Origin: Octopus sinensis
Lineage: Eukaryota
Assembly (NCBI RefSeq): GCF_006345805.1
Contig: NC_042999.1
Location: forward strand, 45,198,001-45,262,000
Reading direction: 5' to 3'
Length of the DNA: 64,000 bases
A program made the position numbers and the translations under genes. The notes beneath the pieces were generated by a model, which did not search any database, was not told the origin of the DNA, and saw nothing but the letters and a program-made list of their open reading frames with translations. Shown in pieces: positions 13,689 through 27,757 of this stretch; the stretch's first letter is position 1, and each line of letters opens with the position of its first letter.

Positions 13689-14520
13689 TTAAACGGACAG
13701 GTGTGTTTTTAATTCATAACCAATATTATATGTTTTGTTATACCAACTAAATTTTTGTTTTATTTTTTGTAACTTTCAGTATTTGCAATGTTGTGTTCAA
13801 TATGCAATATTATGCAGTATATTATAAAACATATAGTTCATGGTACAGAAAAACGGTGCCTAATCTGGAGAAATAAAGGCCAGAATTAGAATCAGGACAA
13901 TTTTTTAACCCCCCAGAAACAAATTTTACTTAACTTGTACTTTTTTTGAACCTGAAATTTGTTGCACAGTGTTACCAAACTAAAAAAAAAAAATACTGGG
14001 GTCGATTTATTCAACTAAAATCCATTAAGGCAGTGCCCCAGCATGGCCATAGTCTGATGACTGACTCAAGTAAAAGATAAAAGATAACGATATACTTCAA
14101 ACTGGCTGAATCGATCACATTTCGAAAGTGATTGATTCATCATCATCATTCTCGTTGTCATCATCATTGTTGTTGTCATCATCATCCTCATCATCATTCA
14201 ACATCCATTTTCCATGCTGTCATGGGTTGGACAGCTTGACAGGAGCTGGCAAGGCCAGGGTCCACCCCAGTCTGATTTGGCTTGGTTTCTACAGCTGGGT
14301 AACCTTCCTGGATAACCATCCACTTTAGAGAAAGTAGGTATTTTATTGTTGTACAGGCATAGGAGCGGCTGTGTTGTAAGTAGCTTGCTTACTAACCTCA
14401 TGGTTCCAGGTTCAGTTCCACCGCGTGGAACCTTGGGCAAGTATCTTCTACTATAGCCTCAGGCCAACCAAAGCCTTGGGAGTGGATTTGGTAGACAGAA
14501 ACTGAAAGAAGCCCGTCGTC

Positions 14521-14551
<31 letters not shown>

Positions 14552-16156
14552 GTACGTGTGTGTGTATGTTTGTGTGTGTTTGTCCCCCCCAACATCGCTT
14601 GACAACCGATGCTGGTGTGTTTGTGTTCCTGTAACTTAGTGGTTCGGCAAAAGAGACTGATAGAATAAGTACTAGGCTTACAAAGAATAAGTCCTGGGGT
14701 CGATTTGCTCGACTAAAGGCAGTGCTCCAGCAGGACCACAGTCAAATGACTGAAACAAGTTAAAGAGTACAGTGTAAAGAGTAAAGAGAGTTTGGATATA
14801 TGCTTCATATTCATATTTGAAATCTAAAGATAATTTAAGGTTGAAACTTAATAGTCAATTAAATTTGAAAAAGGAGAAATAGATAGCCATAACGAGAGGT
14901 GATTAAAAAGTTGGAATTTATGTGCATGCTTGCTTGCATATGATGATTACTACTTAAATATATGTGTCTGTGAGGGTGAATGGCCTAGCAGTTAACGTGT
15001 TGTACTCAGGATTGTGAGATCATAGTTTCAGTTCATGGACCAGGCTTGGTGTTGTGTATTTGGACAAAACGTTTCATCTGATATTGTTCTAAGATCACTT
15101 TGGACACCTGATGTGTGGTATACTATGCACCTGTTTTCGGCAATGCCAATTTAAGGTGGAAGTGAGTTGATACACAGCATGTATATTTGATCACTATAAA
15201 CAAATCATTTGTGCAGTTTGTTTAACTTGAAATCACAGACCCATCTTTCTCAAACTATGAGAGACTACCATTATCATATGTATTTGTGGATGGAAAAGAG
15301 TTTCATAGAATTCTTAACATGGTGAGATGAAAATGAATTCACAGGTGGTAAAGCCTTGCAAATCTTTAAATTTTAGACATAAGAAATGCATAAAATAAAC
15401 AGAAGAGGATAAAAATGAACCAAAAATTCCCCAAAACGACCACTCAAGAAATTTCAAGACTATTACAATAAGAATAATGTAAAAGAGAGTTCAGTGTACA
15501 AGAGCATACTTAAACTTACTTAAATACACACAAACATATAATTTTTTTCTTTTGCATCCAAGTAACTACATTTATCTATATGTAATTCTATTATTTGCCA
15601 AACCAGATACTACAAGATATTGTATTTAACTCAAATCATCTTTCTGTTTCTAAATGCAATATCTACTTAGATAAAAGCATTGTTATATGTATATACTCAT
15701 ACATATGTTACACATTTATTATATACATGTGATTATATATGGAATTTCATATATATATGTGTGTGTGTGTGTGAGTGTGTGTGTGTGTGTGGGTGTGTGG
15801 GTGGGTGTATATATATAGCTAATCCAAACATGAACAAAGAGAAAACTCAACAATGCGAGGACATGGAACAAATATAGTGTTATTGGATGCTCAGGAAAGG
15901 AAAGAAAGAAGGAGGATTTAATGTTTTGAGTGGAGCTCTTTGTCAGAAGCATAGAAAAAGGAAAAGTCCAAAGAAGGGAGGGCGGGGAAAGAAAATCGCC
16001 ACCGATACACACATGGTGCATATATGTGGGTGTATATATGTGTGTATAGATATGTGTGTGTGTATGTGTATATATAATATATTTATATAATATATAATAT
16101 AAAATACCTCCATTTATTTGCAGACCTAATATAGGTGCATAACATAAGTGTGTGTT

Positions 16157-16201
<45 letters not shown>

Positions 16202-17602
16202 TGTGTGTTTATGTACATGTGTGTATCTAAATACAACCACTCTAAAGATATGTTAAATCTAGAAAATTATGATAAGCTTTTGAGCATACTATCTTGTAGC
16301 CCATATTACAAAGAACAGAATTGCATATAGATAAAGCTAATTAAAAGAATATACAAGTGAGACTTATGTATATAGTTACACGAACTCATCTCTTTAATAC
16401 TTCTTGAATACATATAATATATTTAAATATTTAATATATTTAAGCACATATTTATATGCAAAAACACTGCCTGAATATTTGTATATTTGAGAAAATAACA
16501 AGACAATTTTGCAATAAAAATATCCACAACTAATTGACAGGTACGTAGTAATATCTCATTAACGTTAATATAAATAATTCATTAAATACTATTAAAAAGA
16601 AATGCAATTAAAAAAAAGAGTAACATTTTGAATAATTTAATAACAAAATATTTCAGCATAATTATTTTTATTAGAAAGTTTGTTGCAAGATTAAACAGGA
16701 TAGTAAATGAACTTTCATAATTTTTTTCGTATATGTAATGTGCTTAATTCCACTTATGTTGTAGTAAAATTTTACAATACATGGGCTTGATAATATATTT
16801 TAAAACAGCTGTTTAGTAAGCATGGGCACCAGGATGTTCGATGTTTTAAATTGCTAAGGAAGCATAACATATACATAAGACAGAAATATTGGTTTCACAT
16901 TGTGGCATAATGCCAGCAGTTTTGCTGTTACTTATTTTATCGATCTTGAATGGATGAATGGCAAAGTCAACCTTAGCAGAATTTGAATATGGAAAAGTAA
17001 AGATGAACAAAATACTGCTAAGCAGTTCGCCCAGTGTGCTAACAGCTCTGTGAGTTTGCCACCTCATATAAGGCAGAAATATATTAACCCTTAACAAACA
17101 CCTAAGAATTATGAATTCAAAATACAAATAGGTTGGTATAAATTGATATATAAGAGAAGAACATTATATGTATAACACTAATAAGAATTAATTAGTTTTG
17201 TTTTTATATGATGATACAAAAGCAATTCATGTATATGTGTGTGTGTGTGTTAATGTATGTATGTATATGTATATATATATATATAAATATATACATATAT
17301 AAGACATAGAACTTACTAGAATGTAGGAGAAGGGTTATACGTTAGTGAAATTTATGGGTATAATATTTCAAAGTTCTATAAGCCCAATGCTGATAAAAGA
17401 TCGCATTTGTGTCAGTATAAATAATTCATAAGATACTATAAAATAAAGTAACAGTTTGAATAATTAAAAGCTGAAGTACTTCAGCATAGTTATTTTCACT
17501 GGAAAGTAATGAATGCTTATTTTGTAATATACTTCATAAGTTTCTGAGATACAAATTTGGCTTGTTTTCATTATTATTACTGTTATCATCATCATCATCA
17601 CC

Positions 17603-17633
<31 letters not shown>

Positions 17634-17710
17634 CCGTTGTCGGCGTCGTTGTCGTCGTCTTTGTCATCATAATCATCATCATCATCATCCTTATTAAAAT
17701 TATTATTAAA

Positions 17711-17742
<32 letters not shown>

Positions 17743-17755
17743 CATTATTATTATT

Positions 17756-18125
17756 CTATGTTTGACTTTTGCTTTATGTTTGTACAAGTTGGCTCCAAGT
17801 CTCACCCAGAGACCTCAAGAGACAACAGGTTGTTATGCCTAGTGTGCCATATATTTGGGTTTTTTTTTCCTTTTTTTTCTTTTTGATGTTGTACTAGTGA
17901 ATGTCTAATAAATAAATTAAAAAAAAAAAGAAGTTTGTTTTAGACCTTGGGATTACATAGAGAGTATTTTGCGTAGGATATGAGCAGTTCCCATGAGCAC
18001 TATCTTTTGAATTTCTGCCATTTTGGGGTTTCCTGGTACCTGAGTTAGGTAGCGATCAGCCCCTTTCGCTATCATTCCCAGGGCACCTATGACAACAGGT
18101 ATTGTTTTAGTCTTCAGGTTCCACA

Positions 18126-18130
<5 letters not shown>
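17756..18130 (-). mobile_element. R4/Dong-like LINE 3' fragment in (TAA)n
   Basis: KMWNLKTKTIPVVIGALGMI..IQKIVLMGTAHILRKILSM* plus 3'UTR, flanked by TTA repeats. Confidence 0.8.
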
Positions 18131-18160
<30 letters not shown>

Positions 18161-18302
18161 GAGTGAGAGAGCAGTGCATGCCATCAAAGTGACACTGGGG
18201 TAAAATATATGAAGCCCAGTATACCCATCATGACTAATCGTCTGATAAGGGTACACCAGGCACATTATTATTATAATTATCATTATTATTATTATTATTA
18301 TT

Positions 18303-18810
18303 CAGTAGTTTTATTTTTATAGCGTGCTTTCACTTCACTACCAAGCGCAGCTCTGTGTGCCTTGGGTATGTGCTGTGGTTTGCTGTGATGCTCTTATGGT
18401 TACTGTATTGAAAGTGTTATGCATAGGATGTGTACAGTGCCCAATAGTGCAATTTTCTCTATGTTATATATATTTCTAAGTCCTGGTGTCTTTGTTATGT
18501 ATTTGTCTGAATATTTTTTTATCATACCCAATGCACCTACTATGATAGGAATTGTTTCTGTTTTTAGATTCCACATTCGAGTTTTATCTGTTTCCAAGTC
18601 TTTGTATTTTGAAAGTTTCTCCATTTCTTTTAGAGAAACATTGTCATTTGCTGTTATTGATACATCAATTAGAAAACATTTTTTTTTCTTCATGATCTCT
18701 GATAACTATATCTGGCCTATTGGTTTTAATTTCTCTGTGTGTATTGACATATCCCAGACTATGGTTGCTTTCTCATTTTCTGTGACCTTTTCTGGCATGT
18801 GCCTATACTA
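18303..18810 (-). mobile_element. R4/Dong-like LINE 3' fragment in (TAA)n
   Basis: ORF 18400-18693 reads CFLIDVSI..KEMEKLSKYKDL..MWNLKTETIPIIVGALG..KIALLGTVHIL; TTA repeats flank it. Confidence 0.82.
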
Positions 18811-18829
18811 TCTTTTTTTCCCTTCTTCC

Positions 18830-18851
18830 TATTATTATTATTGTTATTATT

Positions 18852-18890
<39 letters not shown>

Positions 18891-19007
18891 ATTATCATCA
18901 TCATCATTACTATTATTCTATTATCATTATTATTATTATCATTATTATCATTATTATTATTATTATTATTATTATCATCATCATCATTACCATCATTACT
19001 ATTATTC

Positions 19008-19069
<62 letters not shown>

Positions 19070-19077
19070 TATTATTA

Positions 19078-19115
<38 letters not shown>

Positions 19116-19133
19116 GTTATTATTATTATTATT
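18830..19133. repeat. (TTA)n/(TTG)n/(TCA)n compound microsatellite
   Basis: Direct inspection. Similar tracts lie at 1055-1200, 7585-7930 and 58306-58467. Confidence 0.9.
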
Positions 19134-22100
19134 AAAAAAGCAGTAAGTTTGCAGAATTATTGGTAAAATACTTCAAAATGTATTCTCTCTGTTTTTATGT
19201 TCTGATTTCATGTGCTTGCTGAGGTTGACTTTAATTTTCAACATTTTGGGGTCGAAGAAATAACTACTAGTGAAGCCCTGGGGTCAGTCTAATCAACTTA
19301 ACCCTCCCCCAAAATTTCTGACCTTGTGCCAAAATTTGAAACCATTATTATTATTATTATTATTATCATTATTATTGAATGAGAGAGCAGTACATGCCAT
19401 CAAAATGACACTGGGGTACAAATATATGAAGCCCAATATACCCACCATGACTACTTATCTGATAAGGGTACACCAGGTACATGCATCACAGCCATATGTG
19501 CATGACATGATGATTTCATATCAAGATAGTGCATTACCTTGCAGCTGAAACCCAGCTAGAATTTTCTTCAGGTCTTGTAGCCCATCGTACTCAAAAGGTC
19601 CCTGAATAAGGTTTACTTAAGGATGATGAACAAAACATCCATATTTCCAGAGGTGAATTATTCAAACCCCACAAAAGGCATGGTTGTGTGGTAAGACGTT
19701 TACTTCCCAACATATAGTTCTGGATTCAGCTCCACCACTTGGCACCTTTGGCAAGTGTATGTTACTGTAGCCTTCAGCTGAATAAAGCCTTACAAGTGGA
19801 TTTGGTAGACCAAAACTTAAAGAAGCTTGTCATATGTATATATGTGTGTGTGTGTGTTTACATCACTGCTGCCTAGTTTTGATGTTGCATGATAATTGCA
19901 AAATGAGTATCATGCAATTGGTATCCTTTGTTTCCAATCTTCTGTGAAAATATGTCTAATCATCAGGTTGCATTACCTTGCTTGGAAACAGGTGATGGGG
20001 TTGGTGACAGGAAGGGCATCCAGCTGTAAAAATTTACCTCAACAAATTTCTTCCAACCCAAGCAATTATGGAAAAGTGAACATTAAAACAACAATGATGA
20101 TTATATTGATAATGTTATGTGGAATGTTTGAAGATTTGAAAGACCATAAGAGTACTGATAAAGCTGTAGTAGTTTTTCCTATTTAGGTTGGTAAAAGAGC
20201 GTTCATATTGGCTAAATTGATTACTCTTTATTCTCTTACTCTTTTACTTGTTTCAGTCATTTGACTGTGGCCATGCTGGAGCACCGCATTTAGTTGAGCA
20301 AATCGACCCCAGGACTTATTCCTAGTAAGCCTAGTACTTATTCTATTGGTCTCTCTTGCCGAACCGCTAAGTTACGGGGACGTAAACATACTAGTCTCAG
20401 TCATCAAGCGATGCTGGGGGACATACATACAGACACATAAATATATACACACACATACATATGCATATATACACATATACGGCGATCTTCTTTCAGTTTC
20501 CATCTACGAAATCCACTCACAAGGCTTTCACCGGCCTGAGGCTATCGTAGAAGACATTTGCCCAAGGTGCCACGCAATGGGACTGAACCTGGAACATGTG
20601 GTTGGTAACCAAGTTTATTTTTTTAAAGTCTTGTGTTAATTTAACTTTTTTTTAAAAGTTTGGTGCCTTGTTATTTCTCTTGATGACCCTCTAAGTTGTC
20701 AAGCGATGTTGGAGGAACAAATACAGACACACAACACACACACACACATATATATACATATATACGATGGGCTTCTTTCAGTTTCCATCTACCAAATCCA
20801 CTCACAAGGCTTTGGTCGGCCTGAGACTATAGTACAAGACACTTACCCAAGGTGCCACGCAGTGGGACTGAACCCAGAACCATGTGGTTCATAAGCAAGC
20901 TACTTACCACACAGCCACTCCATTGTTGAAAGAATTGATATTTAATTCTATATATAAACAAGAAGATGAAATTGCAAGCTTCGTATTAACTGTTACACAA
21001 TATACTGACTCCTTAGCTAGACATTTACCTTGTAATGGCATAAATTTCTATTAGTGGAACCACAATTAAATGTGTTTTAGTTTACCTTTTCAAGTCTTGG
21101 CTGCACAAATTTCTGAACAATGCAAACTATTTGCGAAAATTATAGGTGGTTAAATTGAAACATTTTAGTTGAGAATTTAATTCTCTTTCTTGATGTTGTC
21201 ATCATCGCTGTTGTTGTCATCATTGCCAGCATTGTTGTCATCATTATTATTGTAAGCATAGGTGCAGGTGTGGCTGTGTGGTAAGGCATTGAAGGCGGCG
21301 AGCTGGCAGAAACATTGGTGTATTGATACAACTCTGGATTTTGATTACAATCAACCAATTACTTTATCTCGTAAATTAAAGAACCTGATGTTATTCGGAA
21401 TTAAAGTTGGGAAAATTTGGGTAATTTTAGCCAATCAACAGACAGCAAGGCATTAACAGCTTGTTACCATGACAACTGCACGTAGTGTTGTGTTTCACTT
21501 CACCTGCACGAAATTTGCTTCACCTGTGTGTTTTATTTTAATAAGATTTCTGTTTATCAATTAGAATTTAATTGTAGGTATTTTTCATCAATTGTCTTAA
21601 TATTTTACATATATTTCGTGAAGTTATTCTGTGTTTACATTTATTGCGATAAATGCCTTTCAGTTTAAACCCAGGTCAGGTCGGAATGAGCCATTCTGTA
21701 TTTTTATTGAAGATGTAGGACATTATTTAATGTGCCCTTCATTTTTAAAATGTTAGAGCAGAGTGAGGGAGATTTAGCTGTTATTTCTAGCAAATTAAAC
21801 AACTACACAAAGGTTACCTTATTGGCTCCAGTCTTGTTCAGATGAATGGAATCACAAAATCTTATCATTTTGCTAACTACAAAACTCCATTATGTAAGAA
21901 CTTCACTCTGAGGCCAGTGACATAAAGCAGACAAGGAACAAATCTTCCTCTGGACAAGATGCTAGTTTGTTTGAACTAACTTTTTTGGAAGGCATTTTTT
22001 ATATACTCCAGCTTGGTAAACTGAGCCAAGTAGAGTGATATGTATACTACCCAGTAAACTGAAACATTAAACCTACAGTAGGACTAATTCCTACTTATAA

Positions 22101-22205
22101 TTCATTAATTGCTAATCCACTTAATCATACACTTCTGGTTTATATTAGACTATATATTACAGATTATATGTTGTGATGGCAATTTTTATACTAATTTATT
22201 CTTGA

Positions 22206-22597
22206 CTAGCAGTATCACCTGGCGTTGCTCGGTTTGTTTCGACCCTTTAGAATTGGAATTTTTGAAAAATAAAAATTTTGCATTATGTAGCTTGTTATTC
22301 TCTTTAAGTGAACCTTTTTCTGGTTGAAATACACCGAAAAATGGTGACACAGCAGTCAAAAAAACGTAAAAAATTGGGATTTTCATAGAAAAAAAAGCAC
22401 CTTTTCGATGTAAATAATTTTTGGTGTTAACATGGTCCGATTTGAATTTTTTCTTCTACGGAAGGAAGAGCAGGCCTTCTTCTATCATACTCTCAATTTT
22501 GGTCAACTTGCACCGCAGGGTCTCGGAGGAGATAGTGTTAGTTGAAGGCTACCAAACCTGCCACACACAGACAACTTCAGCTTTATATATATAGAGA
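22206..22597 (-). mobile_element. Non-autonomous Helitron
   Basis: Minus strand starts A|TCTCTATATATATAAAG and ends with an imperfect hairpin (CCGAGCAACGCCAGG) then CTAG|T. Confidence 0.75.
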
Positions 22598-22622
22598 TAT
22601 ATTAAATCTCATGGAACTAATA

Positions 22623-23765
22623 TCATCATCATTTAACGTCCGCTTTCCATGCTAGCATGGGTTGGACGGTTCAACTGGGGTCTGGGGAGCCCGAAGGCTG
22701 CACCAGGCCAGTCAGATCTGGCAGTGTTTCTACAGCTGGATGCCCTTCCTAACGCCAACCACTCCGAGAGTGTAGTGGTTGATTTTATGTGCCACCGACA
22801 CAGGTGCCAGACGAGGCTGGCGAACGGCCACGCTCGGATGGTGTTTTTATGTGCCACCGACACAGGTGCCAGACGAGGCTGGCGAACGGCCACGCTCGGA
22901 TGGTGTTTTTATGTGCCACCGACACAGGTGCCAGACGAGGCTGACGAACGGCCATGATCGGATGGTGTTTCTTACGTGCCCACAGCACGGAGGCCAGTCG
23001 ATGCGGTACTGGCTACGGCCACGTTCGGATGGTTTTCTTGTGTGCCACCGGCACTGGTACCACAAAGATACAAATTCCATTGATGTTCATCTATTTTGAT
23101 TTGATTTGATTTGATTTTCACTTGCCTCAACAGGTCTTCACAAGTGTCACAAGAAGGAAGGAAGGTATGCACAGGTGAACTGACAACGTCCCAGGTAGGG
23201 GCCACGGGTTATGGCCTGACTAGTCTTGCCGGGTCTTCGGATGATGTTTTTATGTGTCTCCGACACAGGTGCCAGATGGATGGTGTTTGTTACGTGCCCA
23301 CAGCACGGAGGCCAGTCGATGCGGTACTGGCTACGGCCACGTTCGGATGGTTTTCTTGTGTGCCACCGGCACTGGTACCACAAAGATACAAATTCCATTG
23401 ATGTTCATCTATTTTGATTTGATTTGATTTGATTTGATCACTTGTCTCAACAGGTCTTCACAAGTGTCACAAGAAGGAAGGTATGCACAGGTGGACTGAC
23501 TACGTCCCATGTAGAGGCCACGGGTTATGGCCTGACTAGTCTTGCCGGGTCTTCGGATGGTGTTTTTATGTGCCACCGACACAGGTGCCAGACGAGGCTG
23601 ACGAATGGCCACGATCGGATGGTGTTTCTTACGTGCCCACAGCACGGAGGCCAGTCGATGCGGTACTGGCTACGGCCACGTTCGGATGGTTTTCTTGTGT
23701 GCCACCGGCACTGGTACCACAAGATACAAATTCCATTGATGTTCATCTATTTTGATTTGATTTGA
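22623..23765 (-). mobile_element. SINE-like family C ((GAT)n tail) with expanded internal tandem array
   Basis: 3' end CCATGCTAGCATGGAAAGCGGACGTTAAATGATGAT; ~62-bp internal units. Other copies at about 1675-2137(+), 10680-11092(+), 51977-52372(+) and 56640-56925(-). Confidence 0.82.
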
Positions 23766-24194
23766 ATATTCCTTTTATTTAAAAAAAAAAATAACATAAC
23801 AGTCATTTAAGATCTGATTGTTTGATTCAAATGTTTATGTTTCTATTGATTTCAGTGTGAAAGATGTAACAAAACATTCATACCTCTCAATGATTATCAA
23901 AATACCAAGTTGCTGCTATGTACATATTGCAAACTTGATTCTTGCCTCAATAAATACTCTCTCTGACTAATGCATTTCTTCCAAAGCTAATTCCAAAGAA
24001 TTACACCTAATGCAAAATGTCTTTTGTTGGTTTTTTTCCACCCCCTACCCGAAACTTAAATGAAAATATTGCCTTCAAAACAATGGCTTTAACAACTATT
24101 AGAGAATATATATTCTTCCCAGTGGTTTTCTAATATGGATGTGCAATGCTAATTTGTTGAAAATGCAGAGCACAAGTCAATTGCAAAAGTTGTT

Positions 24195-24806
24195 GACTAT
24201 CTATCTGCAGCTTTATATAGCTATGGTAAGACCTTACCTGGAATTTACATCACCGGTCTGGAACCCCCTCTTGCCCAGGATATCAATCGTCTGGAAGCTG
24301 TTCAGCGACATGCAACCAAGAGAATACCCTCCATCAGGCATTTGCCATATTCTGAACGCCTTACTTCCCTGGGCATGGACACATTGAAACTCCGATGTCT
24401 GGCAGCTGACTTGGCAGACACCCATAAAATTATCAACCATCGTACAAACAATAACTCTGAGTACCTTTTCAAACTCCATCTGTCTAACACCCGTGGACAT
24501 ATTTACAAAGTCAGAAAACAGCACAGCTCCCATGACTTTCGGAAACTTTTTTTCACGCTAGGAGTTGCTGAAACATGGAACAAACTGCTGGCATTAGTTG
24601 TTAGTTGTCGGAGCACTGCATCCTTCAAAACTTTGATGCTTCCTGAGATTCACGAACACTATACCTGATTTTCTTCCCTCCATACACCCGCAAGCATGTA
24701 TCTGACTCATACACTGTTCACTTTCTAGACATTTGTACATTACTGCATATGCTTTATATGCACTTTTGACAAGTTGTAGTGCACCTGAGCACTGTATACA
24801 ATAATT

Positions 24807-24838
<32 letters not shown>
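24195..24838 (+). mobile_element. CR1-clade LINE 3' end with (ATT)n tail
   Basis: LYIAMVRPYLEF..VWNP..LEAVQRHATK..PYSERL..TRGH..FFT..WNKL. Confidence 0.85.
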
Positions 24839-24841
<3 letters not shown>

Positions 24842-27642
24842 ACACTGGGCGAAATGCTTAGCGGTATTTCGTCTGCCTCTACATTCTGAGTTCAAATTCC
24901 ACTGAGGTCAACTTTGCATTTCATCCTTTCGGGGTCGATTAAATAAGTGCTTATTTCTTTACTACCCACAAGGGGCTAAACACAGAGGGGGACAAACAAG
25001 GACAGACAAACGGATTAAGTTGATTACATGGACCCCAGTGCGTAACTGGTACTTAATTTATTGACCCCGAAAGGATGAAAGGCAAAGTTGACCTGGGAGG
25101 AATTTGAACTCTGAATTAAATGGCAGACGAAATACGGCTACGCATTTTGCCCGGTCTGCTAATGATTCTGCCAGCTCACCGCCAATTAAATAAGTACCAG
25201 TTATGTACTGGGGTCGATATGATCAACTTAATCAATTTGTCTGTCCTTGTTTGTCCCCTCTGTGTGTAGCCCCTTGTGGACAGTAAAGAAATAAGAAGCT
25301 TGCTTTCCAGCCACATGGTTCTGGGTTCAGTCTCACTGTGTGGCACCTTGGGTAAGTGTCTTCTACTATAGCCTAAGACTGACCAAATCCTTGTGAGTGG
25401 ATTCGGTAGGTGGAAACTGAAAGAAGCCCGTCATGGTATATGTATATGCGTGTGAATGTGTGTGTCTTTGTGTCTGTGTTGTCCGACCACCACTCGGCAA
25501 CCAGTGTAAGTGTGTTTACATCCCTGTAACTTAACAGTTCGGCAAAGGAGATCGATAGAATAAGTACCAGTCTTTAAAAAAAATATGTACCAGAGTCAAT
25601 ACATTTGACAAACTATTCTTAAATGTGGTGCTCCAGCATGGCCACACTCTAATGACTAAAACAAGTAAAAGAAAGATAAAAGAAAGATCGTCATCATCAT
25701 CGTCATCATCACAATCATCATTGTTTAAATGTCTGTGTTCCATGCTTGTAAAGGTTGCATCATTTACTCTTTTACTGGTTTCAGTCATTTTACTGTGGCC
25801 ATGATGGAGCACCACCTTTAGTCGACCAAATCAACCCCAGGACTTATTTTTTGTAAGCCTAGTACTTATTTTATCGGTCTCTTTTGCCGAACCGCTAAGA
25901 TATGGGAACGTAAACACACTACTATTGGTTGTCAAGTGATGTTGGGGGACAAACACAGACACACAAATACACACACACACATACATATATACGATGGGCT
26001 TCTTTCAGTTTCTGTCTACCAAATCCACTCACAAGGCTTTGGTCGACCCGAGGCTATAGTTGAAGGCACTTGCCCAAGGTACCACGTAGTGGGACTGAAC
26101 CTGGAACCATGTGGTTGGTAAGCAAGCTACTTACCACACAGCCACTCAATGGACTACACCAGGCGTTTGTTAGGACATGGTCCCTATGAGTAAATGTCTT
26201 TCCTAATGTCAACATCTTTATTGTATACACAGGGTGCTTTATTTATACCACCAGCATGACTTAAGTCTCAGGCAGCTTTCAAGACTATGAATTCTGAGAG
26301 TATCGGCTTTATGCTCAGAGATGAAGGGTTAAAATATCTTTTATCGTTTATCTTTTATTTTTTTCAGCCTACATATTTTTTATCTTTTATTTGTTTCAGT
26401 CAATAGGCTATGACCATGCTGGGGCACTGCTTTGAAGAATTTTAGTCAAGCTAATTGAGCCCAGTACTTATTTCTTTTATAAGCCTGGTACTTATTCTGT
26501 CAATCTGTTTTGCTGAACTGCTAAGTTGTGGAGATTTAAACAAACCAACGCCAGTTATCAAGAGGTGCAGGAAATCAGCAGAAGGGTAACGATGATATGG
26601 TAGACAGGAGAAGGATAAGAGAAAGAGAGAGAGAGATGGCATGTGGTTGAGTAGGTTGCAGGAGTGTGAGGGGCGAGGGTAGGAGAGAAAAGTGTAGTGA
26701 GCAACATGTGGTGGTGGAGGGTTATAATATTCTTCATTTTCCATAAAATTTCTATATTTCAGGATGTGCTACTGGCCATTCTCTGCAGCAACGCCTTCAC
26801 AATAACATTCACCGGGTGCAGATAAACATTCCATTCATTTTAAGGTGAAAATCCGATTACTCCCTCCAACCAACACGTTACAATTCCTTCAACCTGTTAT
26901 TACATCCACTCATCTTCAGCTACTGAATCCCTCCTGCCTTATTGTTTTTTCACTATTTTTACAATCTTCAAAATATTCAGCTGCCAGTCTATATACTTTT
27001 AATAATCGAATTGAAACACAATTATCATTTATCTAAGTTATGAAAATGTGAAGTTACAAGATATATCATCGTTTAGAGATTGTTAAGGACATATTTCTGA
27101 ATAAGTTATTAATAATGTTTTTCAACGTCTTTCAACATAAACTATCCATTTCCCCTTTCCAGCTTTATTTGGCCATTAAATTTCAATTTAATGCTCAAAT
27201 GGCCTTCATGTTTTAAATACTAATATAACCGCATTCCTATACAATCTTAATTTACCTACAGTGTATTAAGTACTATTTCTAGAATATTTTATTCCTTTCC
27301 TACAAATGTTTAAAGTTATTTTAGACTCCAAAAGCTAAAATCTAATATACCAACACAATTTGATAGCAATCCAGAATTGCTAAAGTTATCTCATAGACAT
27401 AGATCTCCCACTTCTGCATACTCTGTAGGACTTGCTCATGTATAAATAAATATCTACGATGTCTATATTTTGCTTATTATTTGTATGTGACTCAAAAGGC
27501 AAAGTTTGAAGTTATAGGATAAACTTGATTGTGCAATCAATATTGAATCTTTTCATCAACGAATGCTTTTAATAATTCTAGCAAACCCACACATACACAC
27601 ATTTATATCCACTCACATATATACACACATACATATTTATAA

Positions 27643-27697
<55 letters not shown>

Positions 27698-27757
27698 ATG
27701 TATATATATATAAATAGACACACACACACACACGTGCACACACATATAGATATACAC

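Larger units (their letters stand above)
10246..13971 (+). mobile_element. Chapaev3-type (CMC superfamily) DNA transposon, decayed, with nested SINE and MITE
   Basis: TIRs CACTGTGCAACA (10246) and TGTTGCACAGTG (ending 13971) surround a transposase pseudogene. Family assignment is from recalled motifs. Confidence 0.78.

Noticed and set aside
22786-23765. CRISPR-like regular repeats
   Set aside because: Units are contiguous with no unique spacers, there are no cas genes, and the context is a eukaryotic SINE-like element.
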